64,000 nucleotides of DNA, from contig CAYQKX010000012.1 in NCBI GenBank assembly GCA_964418155.1, positions 53,786 through 117,785 of the forward strand, given 5' to 3'. Both the position numbers and the translations under genes were made by a program. The stretch comes from an uncultured Candidatus Obscuribacterales bacterium. GTDB lineage: Bacteria; Cyanobacteriota; Vampirovibrionia; Obscuribacterales; Obscuribacteraceae. The notes under the pieces were generated by a model that ran no database searches, was not told the origin of the DNA, and saw only the letters and a program-made list of their open reading frames with translations. Shown here one piece after another: positions 58,213 to 64,000 of this stretch; the stretch's first letter is position 1, and each line of letters starts with the position of its first letter.

Positions 58213-59430
58213 CTATTCCAATCCATGTGTCCGCATCCACGTGAAGATCTCAGCGTTTACCTCGCCACCCTTTCCGCCAGCATCGCGTCCGCGGAGGGGA
58301 ACAGCCGTAGGAATCTTGTCGATAGCCTGCCAGGGCTTCGTAATATCGAGCTTGCTGAGCGCGGTGCGAGCTTCCTTGTAATCGACGAACTTGGGAGCGG
58401 CTGGCTGCCAGCTCGAAAGTTTCGGTTGCCAAACAGACTCGAGGACGAAGGCAGTCTCACGTTTCGGATCCAGAAAAAGGGCTTGAAGCTTTGGAGCGAA
58501 GGTTTCTTTTGTGCCTGAGGCGAGTGCAGCATTGAACTCACGCCCCTGACCAACATAGAAGCCGGTATAACCGCCTCTTTGAATAATGCCGACATCATGG
58601 GTTGCGATCAAATCATACCGACCAGGACGTGCGCCCCCTATTCTGTCTGGCCCATGAGTATGGAACAGGACCCGACCGGGTTTATCAGAAAAGCCGAGTT
58701 CAAAACTAGTCGCCTCTCCCTTGATCGGCTTACTTATGCGATGTCCGAGCAAATCAATTGAGCGACCAGTCTCCACGCCTTTCCACGGATGGCGCGCAGC
58801 AAGCATCTCACTCAGTTCGAGGACATTGACTGTTCCTTCTTTGTGAAGGATGTTGGCTGGGAGGTCCATATTTCCTGGTCCACGGAATGCCCACTGCTCG
58901 TAGACAAATTCCTTTGCCGCCGTCCCAGCTTTGCTAGCTGGCTTTAAGACTGCCTTATCAGCTGCGCGACCAATTGTCTTGTACAGCGGAGGCACACCAA
59001 ACGACCTGGTAGCGAGGTATCCCCCGGCGAGCGCGCCAGGCGTACCTTCGATAAGCATCGCCCCTTCTCTGGCTAACCCTAATGAAGATCGCTCAGCCAA
59101 CATGCGGCGCTGATACTCGGTGCTCGCATCACCCGCTTCGGACAAGAAGCCCAGTGTGTTCGCCCCATAGCGATATACCTGATAGCCAGCAACCCCCGCC
59201 AGCGCGACCCCTCCGGCTTTCGGAAACTTCGCGAGCAGCGCGGTCGAACCATAACCAACTCCAGTGGAGACGGCGGCCAGGGTGAGCATCTTCTTCGGAT
59301 CTTGCAGGTCCTTCGCCACTTCATCATAGAGCTTAGACGGCGTCTCGCTTAGCGTGGCGCCGGTCGCGCGCAGCATATTGCCAATGCGCTCGGATCTGGT
59401 TGGATAGAAGTTTTCGCCCACGAGGGTCAC
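58213..59430 (-). CDS. hypothetical protein (orphan), Gly/Ala-rich hydrophobic N-half
   Basis: 405-aa ORF, GTG start with no clear SD. No family recognised. Contains LFHTHGPDRIGGARPGRYD. Confidence 0.55.
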   Translation of the reverse strand: MTLVGENFYPTRSERIGNMLRATGATLSETPSKLYDEVAKDLQDPKKMLTLAAVSTGVGYGSTALLAKFPKAGGVALAGVAGYQVYRYGANTLGFLSEAGDASTEYQRRMLAERSSLGLAREGAMLIEGTPGALAGGYLATRSFGVPPLYKTIGRAADKAVLKPASKAGTAAKEFVYEQWAFRGPGNMDLPANILHKEGTVNVLELSEMLAARHPWKGVETGRSIDLLGHRISKPIKGEATSFELGFSDKPGRVLFHTHGPDRIGGARPGRYDLIATHDVGIIQRGGYTGFYVGQGREFNAALASGTKETFAPKLQALFLDPKRETAFVLESVWQPKLSSWQPAAPKFVDYKEARTALSKLDITKPWQAIDKIPTAVPLRGRDAGGKGGEVNAEIFTWMRTHGLE

Positions 59431-59773
59431 CTGTAAGTGACTTTGTTAGAGCCGCAGCATTAAATAATAGAGCTAACCCATGGCGATGTCTGTGGTGGAA
59501 TTACGCGTAGACGGAAAAGCCTTGCCTGTATGGGTTTTCAGTCATTAGAAGCAGCGCCCGGGTGACTTTCGATCACCCATGAAACGGGTCGGAGCTCCAA
59601 GCTAGGATATTGGCACTAGCGATAGTTTAAGGACAGATTCCTCGTTCGACACACTCGATACCGCGCGGACGGAGAAAGTCGCGATCCGAATGAACCAGTT
59701 GCGACGGTACTCTACTCCGGCTCGACGCTACGGGTTGCGAGGTCTGTTCCTTCGGCGTAGCTGAAATTCCTTG

Positions 59774-61228
<1,455 letters not shown>

Positions 61229-61701
61229 ACGTGACCGCCTGACTGGGGCTCGACCGAGATGGCTACGCCAACACCTGTGATTGTTGGCTGAGATAGAGGC
61301 CGATCACTATTATGACATCCTACCGGCTCCACTTCTCAAGATCAAATTTACTGCGCTGATTCCAGTGTTTTCCCCAGAGACAGTGTTAACGAGATACTGA
61401 CGGTTGCACGCGCCCAAGAGTATTCGATTTTCCTGTCTAACTGCGCGAAACGGCGCCTCGATTCGAAAATTGTGCCTACAGTCCCTAATTTCCGGAAATT
61501 AGTGCACCGCCGAGTAGGCTTCAACGGCACTATCACACAAGTAATGTGAGGTTACCCGATAGGACGCCGTCGTGACTGGCAGGTTCCCAGACCGAGCGAT
61601 TGCAAAATTGAAGAATTCCTTAAAATCGCCTCGCGTTCGGTCAATTAAAACCAGCTGAATCGGCTAGACAAGCGCATTTTAGCTTCCAATCAGTGAAGCG
61701 A

Positions 61702-62586
61702 TTAAACCGAAACTATCGAGATACCACGATGATCGGCGAATTGAGCCATTTCAGACTGCTCCACCACAAGCGTTTCATTTGCAGCAACTGCAAGAACACC
61801 GCCTGGCTTCGGAGCCAGCATAGCTTGAAGCGTGTTCATACCGACCGCCGGTGTATCAAACCGTGGATCCTTATTGGTTTTCGGCACCTTACATACAACC
61901 ACCGGTCCGCGTGCCAGTTGCACGCCTCTCCGGATGGCCTCATCAGTGCCTTCGATCGCCTCCACTGAAAGAATCATTCTGTCTTTCACAACCACGGTTT
62001 GACCGATACCAAGCCGAGCCAGCTCTCTGGCCACTTTGATGCCAAAATCGATATCGACATATTCAGCAGCCGTGGGCTTGCGATTCGTAATAACGCCAAC
62101 ATCAGGAAAGATGTGCTTGAGGAACTCAGACTGCGTAAGAACTCTCACCCCATTAGCCTGGGCTAGATCTCCGACCGCTGCTTGAATGGTGTCGTCGGTA
62201 AAATCAGTCAGCTTGCTCAGTTCGCGAATGGCTGTCCAGTCAAGTTTGTACAAAGATCTGAGCAACTCGAGCTTCTGTATTTTGCCGATGAATACAACTT
62301 CTTGAAGCCCTTCGCTCTTAAATAACTTCATGGTGCGCCCAATCTGACCAGGCGCAATATCGATAACTTTCACGCAATGCGGCGAAACGCGCTCTCGGGG
62401 CTCTTTTCCCATCGCGAAGGCGACCACGTCGTAGCCCTTATCCTTGGCACTCTGCGCCAGAATCGCTGGCAGCTTGCCGCCGCCAGCCACCAACCCTAGC
62501 CGTTGACGGGTCTTATTGGATTCGCGGGTTTGGTCGAGAACTGAGTTTGTCATGGATTCTGGAGGACCCGATTTGTTTTTCGCCAC
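61702..62586 (-). CDS. lpxI: UDP-2,3-diacylglucosamine pyrophosphatase LpxI (DUF1009)
   Basis: RLGLVAGGGKLPAILA near the N-terminus and IGQTVVVKDRMILSVEAIEGTDEAIRRG match the LpxI pattern. The start is GTG 62586 or ATG 62553. Confidence 0.85.
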   Translation of the reverse strand: MAKNKSGPPESMTNSVLDQTRESNKTRQRLGLVAGGGKLPAILAQSAKDKGYDVVAFAMGKEPRERVSPHCVKVIDIAPGQIGRTMKLFKSEGLQEVVFIGKIQKLELLRSLYKLDWTAIRELSKLTDFTDDTIQAAVGDLAQANGVRVLTQSEFLKHIFPDVGVITNRKPTAAEYVDIDFGIKVARELARLGIGQTVVVKDRMILSVEAIEGTDEAIRRGVQLARGPVVVCKVPKTNKDPRFDTPAVGMNTLQAMLAPKPGGVLAVAANETLVVEQSEMAQFADHRGISIVSV

Positions 62587-62907
62587 ATTAGAGTGCAGAG
62601 ATTGGCAAGTCTATCATGGACTTGGCATCCAGTCCCTGGTGAGGTTTTAACCCTGACCCGAATAGCGAAGAAGCAACTGTAGCACGGCTCCGGTGTCCGT
62701 CCCTGTGTTCTGCTTAACAACCAGAGCGCATCTTCGGCACCAGCACCATTGTCATGTTATAAACGAAGTGTCACTGTTTGCAGCTCACAATAGGTTGTTA
62801 AACAGAGGGAAACTATCTCCAAAACCCTGAACCTTTCCGGGTTTGCTTGACATCGACAAAGTTTTGACATTAAACTGAACTAAGACTGGTTACTACTGCG
62901 GTGCTTT

Positions 62908-63474
62908 ATGGCGAACTATTTCAATCGATCCGTTATTGGGCTCTCCTTGCTGCTTGCACTGGGAATATGTGGTCCATCGTCGGCGCAAAGCGGTCCGAAT
63001 TTGGGGCATTTTTACATGGCTCGTCAGCAGGTTCAAATCACTGATGAAGCGCCGATGGTCAACGATCAACGCACTTTTCCTGGCGGGGCTCAGCCGGGCG
63101 CAGGCGGCGTGGGTGCTCTGCCGAGACGCCCAATGGCGCTCCCTCGTGCGGGGTTTCAGCAGTATTCGCCTGTGGTGCCAGGCTTCAGCACCGGGCTTCC
63201 ACAGGTAGTCAACGGAGTTCCTCCGAAAGATCCGCTGCCTATGCCTGTGAAACAAGGCAAGAAAGCAAAGACCAACAAATTGAAAACCAACAGCTCGAAA
63301 AGCGGCACCAAAACAGCAAGCCAGCAAAATTCTCCCGTGACGGCGAAATCATATTCGCCTTATAAGGGTTACACACCTGGTGTCACTGCCGCGCAATCCA
63401 ATACAGGGGCGAGTGATATGCAGTCGAAGACTCGCGTCAGGGGCAGTGTTTTGCATTGGGCACGCGGTCGGTAA
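62908..63474 (+). CDS. small secreted Pro/Gly/Lys-rich hypothetical protein
   Basis: Clean signal peptide MANYFNRSVIGLSLLLALGICGPSSAQ. The antisense 144-aa ORF is Arg-rich and implausible. Confidence 0.55.
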   Translation: MANYFNRSVIGLSLLLALGICGPSSAQSGPNLGHFYMARQQVQITDEAPMVNDQRTFPGGAQPGAGGVGALPRRPMALPRAGFQQYSPVVPGFSTGLPQVVNGVPPKDPLPMPVKQGKKAKTNKLKTNSSKSGTKTASQQNSPVTAKSYSPYKGYTPGVTAAQSNTGASDMQSKTRVRGSVLHWARGR

Positions 63475-63479
63475 TCTGA

Positions 63480-63986
63480 TCATTGTGCAGGTGTGACCGC
63501 GTCGGCCTTCACCCAGATTGAATCGATAATCGTTCTGCTAGTGTCATGGAACTTAACCTCGTACCAACCGTCGCGGGAAGTAAGGATAGAGCCGCGGTGT
63601 ACTCCGCCAGCATAACTGACCATGACTGAGGTCCCCTCCTTCAACGCTTGCGGCGGTGCGAGCTTTATTGCTGTTAAGAAACCTGAGCGAGAAGCTGGTT
63701 CCGCAACTTTGTATCGAGCTTTATGGTGTTTCCCATCTAGCATATTAATGAGATCTCCAGAATAAGCTCCGATAACAATACCCGCGAAAGATATGCATAG
63801 AAGTGCAAGGGAAAAAACCAAAACATCAAACTCCTTAGAGCCTGGCATATCGAAGAATGGAATTATCGGTGAAACAACTGCATCGATAGATCTAGACGGC
63901 ACACTCGTCTGAAGTCGGGCACCATTAGTAGTGGCAGCCGAACAGTCTTGCGACTCTTCGAGCAATCGAATGATTGGCTCTAGCAA
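63480..63986 (-). CDS. membrane-anchored hypothetical protein; 5' end may lie beyond the window
   Basis: The track ORF starts at TTG 63986, but the frame has no stop up to base 64000. It has one TM (VLVFSLALLCISFAGIVIGAY). The C-terminal segment GTSVMVSYAGGVHRGSILTSRDGWYEVKFHD looks Tudor/SH3-like (tentative). Confidence 0.5.
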   Translation of the reverse strand: MLEPIIRLLEESQDCSAATTNGARLQTSVPSRSIDAVVSPIIPFFDMPGSKEFDVLVFSLALLCISFAGIVIGAYSGDLINMLDGKHHKARYKVAEPASRSGFLTAIKLAPPQALKEGTSVMVSYAGGVHRGSILTSRDGWYEVKFHDTSRTIIDSIWVKADAVTPAQ

Positions 63987-64000
63987 TGCACACCGGTTGT

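Noticed and set aside
58213-59430. JAMM/MPN metalloprotease or metallo-beta-lactamase assignment for the HTHGPD motif
   Set aside because: JAMM needs H-x-H-x7-S-x2-D, and the MBL fold needs H-x-H-x-D-H plus downstream His/Asp motifs. Here the spacing and residues do not fit either (H-T-H-x13-D; D-R instead of D-H).
62893-63327. 144-aa - strand ORF
   Set aside because: It is Arg-rich and implausible. It is antisense to a + strand ORF that has a clean signal peptide.

Overview
This is a chromosomal-looking 64-kb window that is mostly coding, with about 42 CDS. I recognised no rRNA, tRNA, CRISPR array, integrase or intact IS. GGAGG/GGGAG-type Shine-Dalgarno (SD) sites are frequent, and I used them to correct several starts from the ORF track.

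Recognisable housekeeping genes:
- a two-subunit 2-oxoacid:ferredoxin oxidoreductase (KorAB type)
- divergent NuoL/NdhF-like and NuoM/NdhD-like antiporter subunits
- PgeF and an SDR
- GlpD plus a 2-hydroxyacid dehydrogenase
- RsgA and TypA head to head
- MurQ
- a Wzm/Wzt-type ABC exporter
- a PQQ-type sugar dehydrogenase
- a YdeP/FdhF-family molybdoenzyme
- YjbQ plus a type III glutamine synthetase
- LpxI, which implies a diderm with lipid A

Between these sit many large, signal-peptide-bearing, low-complexity or repeat proteins with eukaryote-like signalling and adhesion domains: 2 Ser/Thr kinases, TPR-CHAT, vWA, CAP/SCP, LRR, at least 5 TPR proteins, and CHASE3-GGDEF-EAL. The gene mix would fit a cyanobacteria-related non-photosynthetic or similar environmental lineage, but that is only a guess.

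Best candidates for something undescribed:
1. A DDE-less IS1595-type transposase derivative carrying a DprA-like winged helix (52187..53242). It sits next to a perfect 40-bp palindrome whose TAGCCGAATTCGG core recurs in a duplicated 123-bp intergenic element 30 kb away.
2. Two convergent orphan secreted proteins with a TrbI/VirB10-like barrel plus a glycine-zipper insert. One lies downstream of a secreted TPR-CHAT protein whose catalytic His/Cys appear substituted.
3. A NuoL gene co-oriented with a histidine-rich single-pass membrane protein.
4. A 936-aa secreted protein built of about 11 tandem ~80-aa helical repeats.

All domain calls come from my own motif recognition, not from database searches. 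None of the hypotheses can be proven from sequence reading alone.
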